Part shown: in pieces, positions 48,485-58,127 of the stretch
How positions within the stretch are numbered: position 1 is the first letter of the stretch
Layout of the letters: each line of letters starts with the position of its first letter
Source of the DNA: Burkholderiaceae bacterium
GTDB taxonomy: Bacteria > Pseudomonadota > Gammaproteobacteria > Burkholderiales > Burkholderiaceae_A
Length of the DNA: 64,000 bases
Direction of reading: 5' to 3'
NCBI GenBank assembly: GCA_018402635.1
Contig: JAGYIP010000003.1
Span: forward strand, 12,849 to 76,848
Translations under genes and position numbers: made by a program
The notes under the pieces: generated by a model
Told to the model about the DNA's origin: nothing
The model's database searches: none
The model's input: the letters and a program-made list of their open reading frames with translations, nothing else

Positions 48485-49597
48485 TTAACGCAAAAGCGTG
48501 TTCATCTCAATGAGGGGCATCATAACGGCAAGCACGATCAATAGAACAACGAGGCCCATTCCTAGAATGAGGGCGGGCTCAAGAAAACTCGTAAGCAGCA
48601 ATGTTCGGCGGCGAAGATCTTGGGTCATTTGCTCGGCGGCAAGGCTGAGCATTTTCGCAAGCTCCCCACTTCGCTCACCCGTGCTAATAAGCTGAACAAG
48701 AAGTGGCGGGAAGCCTCCGGTCTGCGCCATAGAGCGCCCAAGCTCGGCTCCCTCGCGAACCCATTGAGTAACCACTGTGAGGCGCTCTTGGAGGTAATGA
48801 TTTCGAAGTACGAGCGAGGAGGTTCGTAAGGCGCGCAAGAGATTAACACCCCCCGAAAGTGAGGTGCCAAGGCTGCTTGCCAGACGGGCGGATTCGGCTG
48901 TCTGCAGCATGGGCCCGATTAGAAAAACATAGAGGAGTTTCTGGTCAAACCATAGGCGAAACACTAAAAATCGCCGATAGCTAGCAATTGCCGAAATTAG
49001 AAAAAGCGCTGCAACAATTAAGAGTGCCTTGCCGTAGGCTTGTAAGAAGGAGCTTAGGCCCATTAAAGATCGGGTGAGAAGGGGCAAGTCTTGTTGCTGA
49101 GACTCAAGCACCGAAACAATCTGGGGGACAACATAGGCCATAAGCGCCATGACCACAATGAGCGCCACAGCCGAGACGATAAGTGGATATGCAAGTGCCG
49201 ATAAAAGACTGTGTCGAAGGCTATTGGCCGCCTCCATGTCGTCCGCCAGCCGAGCCAAGACCCGAGACAAACTTCCTGAAGACTCACCAACACCAACAAG
49301 CCCCCTGTAACTTTCGGAAAAATCTAGCGGGTAACGACTAAGAGCTTGCTGAAAAGACAACCCTTCTCGAAGACCGTCTTGGAGCCCCAGAAAAACCTCT
49401 CGAACAGCTGGCCTTGCCTGCTCTGCCATAGCGAGCAAGCACTTCTCTAAAGGAATTCCTGAACCTAACAGTGCAGCCAGTTGACGAGTGAAAAAGGCCA
49501 GCTCCGAGGCTCTGATACGACGCCCCGTAAGACGTCCTGGCTTAAGGCCCAGCCGCGACTCCAGCTGATGCTCAAGCTGCTTAGACCAGCTCTTCAT
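48485..49597 (-). CDS. gspF: T2SS inner membrane platform protein F
   Basis: FTRQLAALLGSGIPL, GESSGSL, ALAYP, VVPQI, GERSGEL and LEPALI motifs. Start at ATG 49597 overlaps the gspE end. Confidence 0.92.
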   Translation of the reverse strand: MKSWSKQLEHQLESRLGLKPGRLTGRRIRASELAFFTRQLAALLGSGIPLEKCLLAMAEQARPAVREVFLGLQDGLREGLSFQQALSRYPLDFSESYRGLVGVGESSGSLSRVLARLADDMEAANSLRHSLLSALAYPLIVSAVALIVVMALMAYVVPQIVSVLESQQQDLPLLTRSLMGLSSFLQAYGKALLIVAALFLISAIASYRRFLVFRLWFDQKLLYVFLIGPMLQTAESARLASSLGTSLSGGVNLLRALRTSSLVLRNHYLQERLTVVTQWVREGAELGRSMAQTGGFPPLLVQLISTGERSGELAKMLSLAAEQMTQDLRRRTLLLTSFLEPALILGMGLVVLLIVLAVMMPLIEMNTLLR

Positions 49598-50980
49598 GAC
49601 CAGAGGCAGTGACACGCGCAACTTCTTGCTCGGTAGTAACACCTGAGGATACAAGTCGTGCACCATCTCTCTGAAGCGGCAGGAAACCCGGCATATCCAG
49701 TGCCATCCGGCGAATATCGGAGGCGTCGCCGCGCAGCTTAATGGCCGAGCGAATGGCGTCATCGACAATCAATAACTCGAAAATACCTAATCGGCCTTTA
49801 AAGCCTGACTGCCCGCAGTCGTCACACCCCATGATCGACCTTGGCATGCAGCTTGAACAGCGACGTCGAACAAGTCGCTGAGCGAGCACACCAATAAGCG
49901 ACGACGAGAGCAAGAAGGGCTCAACCCCATATCGAGCAGACGGCTAACGGCAGACGATGAGTCGTTCGTATGCAGCGTTGCCAAGACAAGATGCCCCGTT
50001 AGCGAGGCCTGTATAGCGATTTGTGCTGTCTCTAAATCTCGTATCTCACCGATAAGAATGACATCGGGGTCTTGACGAAGAATTGAGCGCAGACTCTGCG
50101 CAAAGGACAGACCGATTTTAGGGTGCACTTGGGTCTGAGCAATGCCTGGCATGTCATACTCAATGGGGTCTTCGACTGTCATGATATTGCGGGTCTTCGC
50201 ATCAAGTTCAGAAAGCGCCGCATACAGTGTTGTTGTCTTTCCAGAGCCTGTGGGTCCCGTTACCAGCAAAATACCAAAAGACCGATTAACCAGGCTTTTA
50301 AAGCGCTGCAGTGTCTCTGAAGACATTCCAACCTCATGAAGACTCAAAGGCCCCTTACCCTTGGCAAGAAGCCTTAAAACGGCTCTCTCACCAAACCCGG
50401 TTGGGAGAGTAGAAATTCTTAAGTCAATAAGGCCTGCCGGGCTCTTTACTGTCATACGCCCGTCTTGAGGCAAACGCTTTTCAGCGATGTCGAGTTGCGC
50501 CATCACCTTGATTCGAGAAATTAAGGCCGCATGAAGTGCACGCGGGGGATGCGCAACATCTCGAAGTAAACCATCCACACGAAAACGAACGACAGACCCT
50601 AACTCGTAGGGCTCAAGATGAATATCCGATGCACGTCGACTCGCTGCCTCGTTCAGTATGGCGTTGATCATTCGGATAACTGGAGCGTCATCATCAAGCT
50701 CATCACCATCGGTGAGCCCTAGACCATCTTGAAGCAGTAAGGCAAGGCTCTCCCCAAGCTGGGCACTGCCTATGACATCTGCCGCTGTTGCCCCCTGGGA
50801 GCTAAGAAGCAACTGCTCATCAATTGCCTCATCCTCCTTGCTCACCATTTGGTAACCCTCAAGGCCAGCCTGCCCGGCAACCGCGGCCACCGCCCAGGCC
50901 GGCGAACGACTGCTATGCCAGATCTGATTGGCTTGCGCCTGAACTGCGATTCGGTGTCGCCGAAGAAAACGGGCGTCCAT
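49581..50980 (-). CDS. gspE: T2SS ATPase (frameshift at 49925-49928)
   Basis: [19 protein letters not shown], Walker [33 protein letters not shown] and TLHTN; then AQRLVRR-CxxC...CxxC in the next frame. Confidence 0.93.
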
Positions 50981-53185
50981 TTAATTGCCGAGTGAGCGGC
51001 TGGGTTCGTTCGCGGGCTTGCTTGCGGCATCAAGCGGGGGTAGTTCAGGCTTACCTAAACTGGGAAGAATGAGATTTCCGGACGAACTGGGCTGCGACCG
51101 CTGACCCGCGCGAAGCGCTTCGTACTTTCCCATGGTGATCACACTGGAGTCGGAACCGGAACGAAGAACAACTGGTCGCAGAAAAACGAAAAGGTTTGTT
51201 TTTTTGCGCTCTCTGGTCTCGTATCGAAACAAACTTCCAAACAAAGGGACATCGCCAAGCAGGGGGACTTGGCTCTCCCCCGTGCCCTCTTCATCGGAGA
51301 TAAGCCCTCCAAGAACCACGAACTCGCCGTCCTCTACCAAGACTGTCGATTCAATGGAACGCTTGTTAGTGACGATCCCTTCTGCCAGACGTTGATTGAC
51401 GACACTGGATACTTCCTGAAAGATCTGCAGCCTTACAGTACCCCCCTCAGACACCATGGGTCGAACCCGCAGGGTTGTGCCAACGTCTCGCCGCTCAATG
51501 GTCTGAAAAGGGTTGCCACTTGTATTGCCGCTTGTGGTGTACGAACCCGTAAGGAAAGGCACGTTTTGACCAATAACAATCTTCGCCTCTTCGTTATCCA
51601 GAGTAAGAAGATTCGGGGTTGCAATAATGTTGCCCGCTCCCTGAGTCTCAAGCGCCCGGGCAAGAACACCAAGGTTGGCAAGGGTTGCACCGCCAAATGA
51701 GACGGTGCCTCGAATAACGCCGACGTTCAGACCCTGAGAGGCAGAAAGCGGATTTGCCGCGAGATCTAGAAGATTTGCCCCCCCGCCTCTTGGCGTGAAG
51801 TTCGTTCCCCCGAAACCAGAACTTCCTGTGGCATTTAACCCGTCTAAGTACTGAAACTGAACGCCAAACTCAGCCGCCCGATCTGCAGAGACCTCCACAA
51901 TAAGAGACTCGATGAAAACCTGAGCTCGTCTTACATCAAGTTTTTCTATCACCGCACGAATCTCGCGAAAGACTGACTCGGGAGCAACAATAAGTAAGGC
52001 ATTTAAATTGGGCTCTGCCTGAATGACGATTCCGGACGCTTCGGGCCCAAGAATGGCCGCCTGTGGAGCGCCTGCGTTCGAACTCGCAAGCGCCTTACCG
52101 TTACCCTGAGCGCCAGCCATTGACAAAGCCTGGTTCGGTTGGCCCGCATTTCCTGAAGCACTCGCTGGACGAGTTAATGACGACGACTGCCGAGAGCCGG
52201 AACCCACCGTTTGCGCACCAGAGCGATACAGGTTCTGCAGCGTCTGGGCTAAAACAGCCGCCTCAGCGTTTTTCAAATACAAAACATGCACATTGCCAGG
52301 GGTGGCCAGGGGCGAATCGAGGTCGCGCGCAAGCTCTGCCGCCTGAGACAGACGCCTAGGATCGCTGGACTGAAAAAGGATGCGATTGGTGCGGGCATCG
52401 GGAAGAATTACAACCTGCAAATGCTCAGGGAGCTTGCCCCCCCTTTCGCTATTTCCTCGATTAACAAGCTGATCAACGGTCTGCGCAATATCAGAGGCAA
52501 ACCCATGATTAATTGAAACTGTTTGAATCGCATTACGATTCGGACGATCAAGCGATCGGATGATCTCGGTAACACGTCTTAGATTCTCTCTTGTATCAGT
52601 GATGATGAGACTGTTACTACTGGGATGTGCGGTCATCGGATTAGTTGCGGGAACAAGCGCACGAATAGCCGCTAAGAGCTGTGTGGCGTCTTCATTCTCA
52701 AGCTGAAACACACGCGTTGAAAGACCCGCAGCAGTCGCCTCAGTGTTCATTGCTGGAAACTGCGACTTGGCCTCAGCTGTAGGGACAACCTTGGCATAGC
52801 CATCGGCTGCAACCACCGCAAACCCCTGCAAAGACAAGGCCGCCACAAGTAACTCGTAGGCCTGATCGAGACTAATCGGGCCTGGCGTTTCGAGCGTAAT
52901 TTTCCCCTTGACGCGTGCATCGAGTAAAAAAGGCATTGCCATTGAGGTGCTGAATGCAGAAATAACCTCGGAAATCTCAGCATCACGAAATGCCAGAGTA
53001 ACCGCATCATCCGATACGACGGCCTGATTCTGAGCCCGCGAAGTGCCTAGGCTTTGGCTCCCGGTTGGTTGAGCCCCTGCCCCACTCAACCCGAGTTCAA
53101 GCACCAACAGGCCTGTAAAAGCCAGCGCGGTTGCCGCTTTATATACCGAGTTTCGCTTCATAAACATCCCCACTTTTTCTCCCAA
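50981..53185 (-). CDS. gspD: T2SS secretin
   Basis: Signal peptide; FRDAEI, DARVKGKI, DVRRAQVFIESLIVEV, TPNLLTLDNEEA.IVIGQNVPF, PLLGDVP and LFVFLRP motifs. Confidence 0.94.
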   Translation of the reverse strand: MGEKVGMFMKRNSVYKAATALAFTGLLVLELGLSGAGAQPTGSQSLGTSRAQNQAVVSDDAVTLAFRDAEISEVISAFSTSMAMPFLLDARVKGKITLETPGPISLDQAYELLVAALSLQGFAVVAADGYAKVVPTAEAKSQFPAMNTEATAAGLSTRVFQLENEDATQLLAAIRALVPATNPMTAHPSSNSLIITDTRENLRRVTEIIRSLDRPNRNAIQTVSINHGFASDIAQTVDQLVNRGNSERGGKLPEHLQVVILPDARTNRILFQSSDPRRLSQAAELARDLDSPLATPGNVHVLYLKNAEAAVLAQTLQNLYRSGAQTVGSGSRQSSSLTRPASASGNAGQPNQALSMAGAQGNGKALASSNAGAPQAAILGPEASGIVIQAEPNLNALLIVAPESVFREIRAVIEKLDVRRAQVFIESLIVEVSADRAAEFGVQFQYLDGLNATGSSGFGGTNFTPRGGGANLLDLAANPLSASQGLNVGVIRGTVSFGGATLANLGVLARALETQGAGNIIATPNLLTLDNEEAKIVIGQNVPFLTGSYTTSGNTSGNPFQTIERRDVGTTLRVRPMVSEGGTVRLQIFQEVSSVVNQRLAEGIVTNKRSIESTVLVEDGEFVVLGGLISDEEGTGESQVPLLGDVPLFGSLFRYETRERKKTNLFVFLRPVVLRSGSDSSVITMGKYEALRAGQRSQPSSSGNLILPSLGKPELPPLDAASKPANEPSRSLGN

Positions 53186-53963
53186 TTGCCGACAACAGGC
53201 CGTTCACAAACTCACACTGGCGATGGCACTTGAACTGCAACTGGCCTCTAACCATATCAGAGACCGTACCCGAACCCGACATCGAGATAACAGAGCCTTG
53301 CATCGATTCGACAGACCAAGAAAGCCTTGCCGCCTGGGCGGTGGAGGCGCCAAAATTACTTAAGTTAACCCGATAACTTCCAAGAGGCTTAATAGGCGAT
53401 AGGCTTGTTACAAACTGATGAATATCGAGCGAAATGCCCTGTTTTTGCGCGCTGTCTTGGGGCATGCTTAACCCCGACCAGCGAACCTCAAGGGCCGCCT
53501 GAGGCTTCAAAAATGCCAATGCACCGCCAGCCTGCTCCATAGGAAACGACTCAAGCCGAAGCTTGCCATCGGGAATCACAACAGAGCCGAACCTAAATAA
53601 CAAAGGGGCTTGAGTAACCGGTCCCTCCAGGGCATTGCTCGAGAGGTTTAAGGCAACTGCATTGAAACCTGGGGTCAGACGCCAACTCACGGACCGAACC
53701 AACTGGAAACTTTCTGTTGAAGGAGATGGGTCACCACCAAGCTTAAATGCTGCTGGGACGATTAATACCTGAGCGCGCCCTTTCCATAAGCTGCCCTCGG
53801 CTTGGGCAAGCCGCACCGCGCCTTTTGTTGCCTGGGCTACAAAAAAATCTGCCCAGGCAGCGGGGGCCTGAAGGAGTAATCCAAGTAGCGCAACGACCAA
53901 AAGACTAAGAAGGCCAAAGGGCCCTAAGGAAAAGTGGGGCGTTTTGATAGAGGCATTCGTCAT
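53139..53963 (-). CDS. gspN: T2SS protein N
   Basis: N-terminal TM ending QAPAAW, EGSLWKG, and SLSPIKPLGSY motifs. Confidence 0.78.
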   Translation of the reverse strand: MTNASIKTPHFSLGPFGLLSLLVVALLGLLLQAPAAWADFFVAQATKGAVRLAQAEGSLWKGRAQVLIVPAAFKLGGDPSPSTESFQLVRSVSWRLTPGFNAVALNLSSNALEGPVTQAPLLFRFGSVVIPDGKLRLESFPMEQAGGALAFLKPQAALEVRWSGLSMPQDSAQKQGISLDIHQFVTSLSPIKPLGSYRVNLSNFGASTAQAARLSWSVESMQGSVISMSGSGTVSDMVRGQLQFKCHRQCEFVNGLLSAIGRKSGDVYEAKLGI

Positions 53964-55274
53964 GATGCAATCTCGAGACGAAGGGATACCAGGCCCGAGG
54001 AGCCCGTTCGACGAATTTCAATGGCCTGTAGAGGGCCCAACAGAATTTCCATAGGCAGAGATTGCAAGAAACGAATAACCGAAGAGGTGGGTTGCTGAAC
54101 CGCTTCCAGGCGCCACCCCGACGGAACAGCCCTTGGCTCCCCGAGGACCAGAGCTGAACGACGACTGAGCTCGGACAACCGCAGCATCACATCGTCAGCG
54201 GGTAGAGGTTTCAAGCCCTGTTTACTTGAGCCCGAGTTCTTAAGGGCCTGCGGCATGAGTCGAACAACGAAACGCGAACCAGACTCTTCTTGCTCCTCAA
54301 GGTCAAGAACCCCAGGGAGTTTTTTTAGCTGGCCTCGCAAGGCCTCGCGGTTAAGGGGTGAAGCGAAGTCCGATTGCACAAGATCAAACTCCAATCGAGA
54401 CTCACCGGAAATCTCCGAGGGCTGCAGGCTAATACGATCGATCTCAAAGGTGCCCGAGGCAAGCAGTGCCTGTGCAACCTGTTCTAAGAAAAAGACAGGG
54501 CCTTCGCCAGGCACGCCGGCAGGACCAAGACCACTTCCTGGGCTTAGTTCAGCCTTATTAGCCGTGCGTGATGGTGGTTCAAATGGCTTCCAGAAAACCA
54601 TGCTCGCCAAAAGAAACGACAAGACAATGAGACCAGAAAGCAGTCCTCGAGGGGCTGTCTTCAACAATGCCCAAGGAAGCCAGAAAAACGGCTGGGCAAG
54701 CTTGAGTGGTTGGGCCCTTAGCCCCAACTCTTGAAGCAGAGGCACAAGCCAGCCTCGGCCCGTTAAGTCGCTATCGGACTCATCAAAAACAAAAACCCGC
54801 TGGGATTTTGGCGGCATCTGCGCATAGGCAAGGCGTATTAACCCCATCGCGCTGCCCAAGCCCTTTGCAAGGTCAACGGAAAAGAAAGCATCTTTGCCAT
54901 AGCTCAGTGTCAGGACATTCGAACCAATATAGGCCTTCCACCCTGTGGGCCCCTGACTCTGAAGAGTGAGCCCTAGAGGCTTCCAGGTCGTTGGCGAATC
55001 TTGACCCGCTGAGCTGGGTTCATCGGGACGGCCTGCTACGACACTAAACGACGCCGTGTTGACGCTCGTTAATACCGATCTCTTTAAGGGGGGTATGAGT
55101 AACGGGCGAACCATTACGCCACAGCCTAACCATAGCCGCAACAGGCAGGCCATCACCGTCGACACCCTCATGGCGCTCAACAACATACAACTCGGAAAAG
55201 GCATGTAAATGACGCTGTAACAAAACCGAAATACTCCAGGCATAGGGGGTCGGTAACGAAACGACTACCGCAAT
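53960..55274 (-). CDS. Divergent GspL-position protein, possibly a GspL-GspM fusion (N-terminus uncertain, probable frameshift near 55045)
   Basis: Only gene between gspK and gspN. Soluble N-part, one TM (GLLSGLIVLSFLLASMVFW), then two periplasmic segments, the last resembling a GspM C-terminus (SVIRFLQSL...IEIRRT.SSGLVSL). No strong motif. Confidence 0.45.
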
Positions 55275-55282
55275 CTACCTAC

Positions 55283-56266
55283 CTAAGGTGAGAAACGATG
55301 GATGACCGAAACCTTACCACCAGTCCGGTGAACAATCACAAGAAAACTTTCTTCAGCCATTCCGAACTGAGCATAGCCCTGCATCCGAAAATAACTTGTC
55401 TGCGTGTCGAGCAACGAGGTCTCAAACCCGGCATTGGGAGGAACGAGCGATGCCACCTCTGCTGGCGTGCGGAAAGGAATACGGTCTCGACGCTCAATGA
55501 GATCGTCAACCAACCGACTTTCACCATCACCGGCCAAGGCTCGCAAGACCTCAGGCGCAACCGTATTAATGTTTATGCGACTCACCTTCGGAAGCCAGGT
55601 AAGGTGATCAAGCAGTAAGCGCCTTTGGTCTTCCATTAAAGAGCGATCGGCTCGAACCATTTGCTGCAGTTGTGCCCAGCGCGACCGCCCTGACTCTTCA
55701 ACCATCCCCTCGACTTGTATGTCTGGCTTCCCGAGGGATTGAAGCCTTCCTATCAGCTCAGACGACTGGTCTGTACGAATACCCAATAGAGCGAAGAGTC
55801 TCTCGACCTGCGCGAGGCCTTCCGGACGAAGGGTTCCATCGTCCTGAAAAAGACGGGCCAGGTTGAATCGAGATTGCTCATCTGAAATAAGTCCGGAAAT
55901 TGCCGCGGCAGCAAACCTTGCCTGATCCTGAGCGCTCATTTGGGGACCAAGCAACTGATCGAGCCGACTATGGGGAATAAACTGCGCCCAGGGTTCCGAG
56001 AGGTGGTCCATGACAGAGGATCCGCCTGCCGCTCCCCGTGCATCCGACCAGAGCACCCATCGGCCGTAGTCGATCACAGCCCGAGCAAGCTCATTGGCCT
56101 GCCCAGCATCTCGCTGGGCCTGAGTCCGCGCAATGGCTTGGTAGCTTAACCAGGCAAGGCTTACTGACAAGGCGGCCACCACTGCAACCAAGGCCATAAC
56201 AGAGACCAAGGCAATGCCTTTAGGTGGCTGCGAGGCGCTCTTGGGGTGGCTGAGGGTCATCGTCAC
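55283..56266 (-). CDS. gspK: Minor pseudopilin K
   Basis: KG|IALVSVM prepilin site; DHLSEPWA, ISDEQSRFNL, ININT and TSYF motifs. Confidence 0.9.
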   Translation of the reverse strand: MTMTLSHPKSASQPPKGIALVSVMALVAVVAALSVSLAWLSYQAIARTQAQRDAGQANELARAVIDYGRWVLWSDARGAAGGSSVMDHLSEPWAQFIPHSRLDQLLGPQMSAQDQARFAAAAISGLISDEQSRFNLARLFQDDGTLRPEGLAQVERLFALLGIRTDQSSELIGRLQSLGKPDIQVEGMVEESGRSRWAQLQQMVRADRSLMEDQRRLLLDHLTWLPKVSRININTVAPEVLRALAGDGESRLVDDLIERRDRIPFRTPAEVASLVPPNAGFETSLLDTQTSYFRMQGYAQFGMAEESFLVIVHRTGGKVSVIHRFSP

Positions 56267-56841
56267 TCGACAGCAGCAGGTAGGGGGAAGATCTTTCGTG
56301 TGGGAAAGGGGTCGCCTGCCATTTGTATCTCAACAGCAACCCCAAGCTCCTGACGAGAAAGACGTTCAATTTCGCCTGCAGAGTACGCGCCGATCTCTCG
56401 CTCATCGTTACCATCAAGAAGAGCAAAACGCACGGAGGTCACTTGCTTCATGAAGACCATCGGGTTGGAATCAGAAAAGCTCGTTCGGCTAAGGGCCCCT
56501 TCCTTGTCAAGACCCCATGTCACAGGACCGACGCGGTAGCCCTGGGGGCTTTGAGTGAGTTGAGCAGACCGTTGCCGTGGGGAGAGAAAAGACAATGTCT
56601 CAAGGTCTTGCTCAATTTGAGACCAGGTCATGGCAAGGCTTCGCTGCAAGGAGGCCTGATAGGTTAGGCCTTCTTGGGAAATTGCAAAGCGCTCAATGAC
56701 TCGAAAGCCCATAACCGCGAGAATCGCGGTAATTAGAAGCGTTACAAGCATCTCAATTAAGGTTAAACCAGAGGGGTAAGTAGCTCGCGTCCTCGACAGC
56801 GAACGACGCACGACTAACCGCCTGGACGCTAACCTGTTCAC
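56263..56841 (-). CDS. gspJ: Minor pseudopilin J
   Basis: SG|LTLIEMLV prepilin site, QIEQDL, and position between gspI and gspK. Confidence 0.8.
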   Translation of the reverse strand: MNRLASRRLVVRRSLSRTRATYPSGLTLIEMLVTLLITAILAVMGFRVIERFAISQEGLTYQASLQRSLAMTWSQIEQDLETLSFLSPRQRSAQLTQSPQGYRVGPVTWGLDKEGALSRTSFSDSNPMVFMKQVTSVRFALLDGNDEREIGAYSAGEIERLSRQELGVAVEIQMAGDPFPTRKIFPLPAAVE

Positions 56842-57236
56842 TAAAAGCCCAAGGGTAAAAAACCGACACGATAGGCAAGAAAAAAATCGTCTGCTGGCGT
56901 ATCGGCATGGTAGACCCTTGCCTCAATGCGACGAAAATTCGAGTGTGGTGTTACGAGAATTCTGGTCTCAACATTAAATACGCGTGAGCCCTGCCTACAG
57001 GTATCCCGGCGCTCAGAGACCCCCTGGCGCTGAACCTGTAACCTGACAAGAACAAGCGCATTGTCCGCACAGAGCATGGCCAGATTTCGATCTCGAGATT
57101 CAAAGAGGCTCTGGCTAACGGTCTGAACGAGCTTTAACCCGCCAAGAAAGACAATCGAGGCCACTGCCAGCGCGATAAGAACTTCAATTAGCGTAAAGCC
57201 AGAGGGGCGTTGGCCCACGTCAACCCTTAATGTCAT
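56841..57236 (-). CDS. gspI: Minor pseudopilin I
   Basis: SG|FTLIEVLIALAV, A..CADN, CRQG and TPHSNFRRIE motifs. Confidence 0.88.
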   Translation of the reverse strand: MTLRVDVGQRPSGFTLIEVLIALAVASIVFLGGLKLVQTVSQSLFESRDRNLAMLCADNALVLVRLQVQRQGVSERRDTCRQGSRVFNVETRILVTPHSNFRRIEARVYHADTPADDFFLAYRVGFLPLGF

Positions 57237-57721
57237 TGTTGTCCCACCTGCTTGAGGCTAACCCGTGCAAAAGGATCAACAAGCAAGATGACTGAGCGGC
57301 CGCGTTGTTCAAAGTCAAGCCGTGAAGGCTCAATAAGCCCCGTTCGGTCGACTCGTATGACAGCAGCCTCCCCCTGAAACGACAGACCGGTCTCCCAGGA
57401 GCGATATTGCATTGGGAAGGCAGTCTGTTGCAGCCACTGACCTCTTCGCTGCTCTTCAATCCAAAAACCCTCTTTATCCAGTACGAGTCGATGATCACGC
57501 TGCATGATTGCTGCACGGTCGGAAACCGTTTGCAAAACCGCCTGAAGGCGATCGACTTGTGACTGGAGTTTTCGATCGGCGGCCTGAAAAAGACTCAGGC
57601 CAGCCATGGCCATGACGAGACCCAAGATGGCAACAACAACAAGGGTCTCTAGAAGGCTAAAGCCCTTTGGAGGAGAGGTCGGACGCAAAGCCCTGACCGC
57701 CTGGCTGGCCATCGGCACCAT
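57233..57721 (-). CDS. gspH: Minor pseudopilin H
   Basis: KG|FSLLETLVVVAI prepilin site; directly after gspG. True start probably near 57688. Confidence 0.8.
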   Translation of the reverse strand: MVPMASQAVRALRPTSPPKGFSLLETLVVVAILGLVMAMAGLSLFQAADRKLQSQVDRLQAVLQTVSDRAAIMQRDHRLVLDKEGFWIEEQRRGQWLQQTAFPMQYRSWETGLSFQGEAAVIRVDRTGLIEPSRLDFEQRGRSVILLVDPFARVSLKQVGQQ

Positions 57722-58127
57722 AACTTAAGACCTCAAAAGAAAATCCGTCTGAACCAAGAGAGTAAAGGTAGGGTCTGCCCCATGGATCTTCCGGAAGTCG
57801 TTTGATGTAGCCCCCAGGCTTCCAGTTCGGCGCAAGCGGCTCGGATGTCGGCGGGGAAACAAGTGCGGCCAGGCCCTGTTGGCTGGTCGGGTAAGAAAAG
57901 TTATCGAGCCTGTAGAGATCAAGGGCGGCAGAAATGGTGGCAAGGTCTTGCTTGGCAGCAACAACTCGTGCCTCATCGGGCCGGCCAATTACGGCGGGGA
58001 CAACAACGGCCGCAAGAATGCCAATAATGGCAATAACCACCAGAATTTCGATAAGCGTGAATCCATGTGGGGGGGAAGGAGTTTTTCGGCTCCTACCTTG
58101 CCTTCCATAGAGCAGTTTTTTAAACAC
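57657..58127 (-). CDS. gspG: Major pseudopilin G
   Basis: HG|FTLIEILVV, ALDLYRLDNFSYPTSQQGLAAL, DPWGRPY and SYGADGQPGG motifs. GTG start overlaps the epimerase stop. Confidence 0.95.
   Translation of the reverse strand: MFKKLLYGRQGRSRKTPSPPHGFTLIEILVVIAIIGILAAVVVPAVIGRPDEARVVAAKQDLATISAALDLYRLDNFSYPTSQQGLAALVSPPTSEPLAPNWKPGGYIKRLPEDPWGRPYLYSLGSDGFSFEVLSYGADGQPGGQGFASDLSSKGL

Noticed and set aside
49598-49768. N-terminal extension of the gspF ORF
   Set aside because: It overlaps the true gspE C-terminus in another frame; ATG 49597 is the plausible start.
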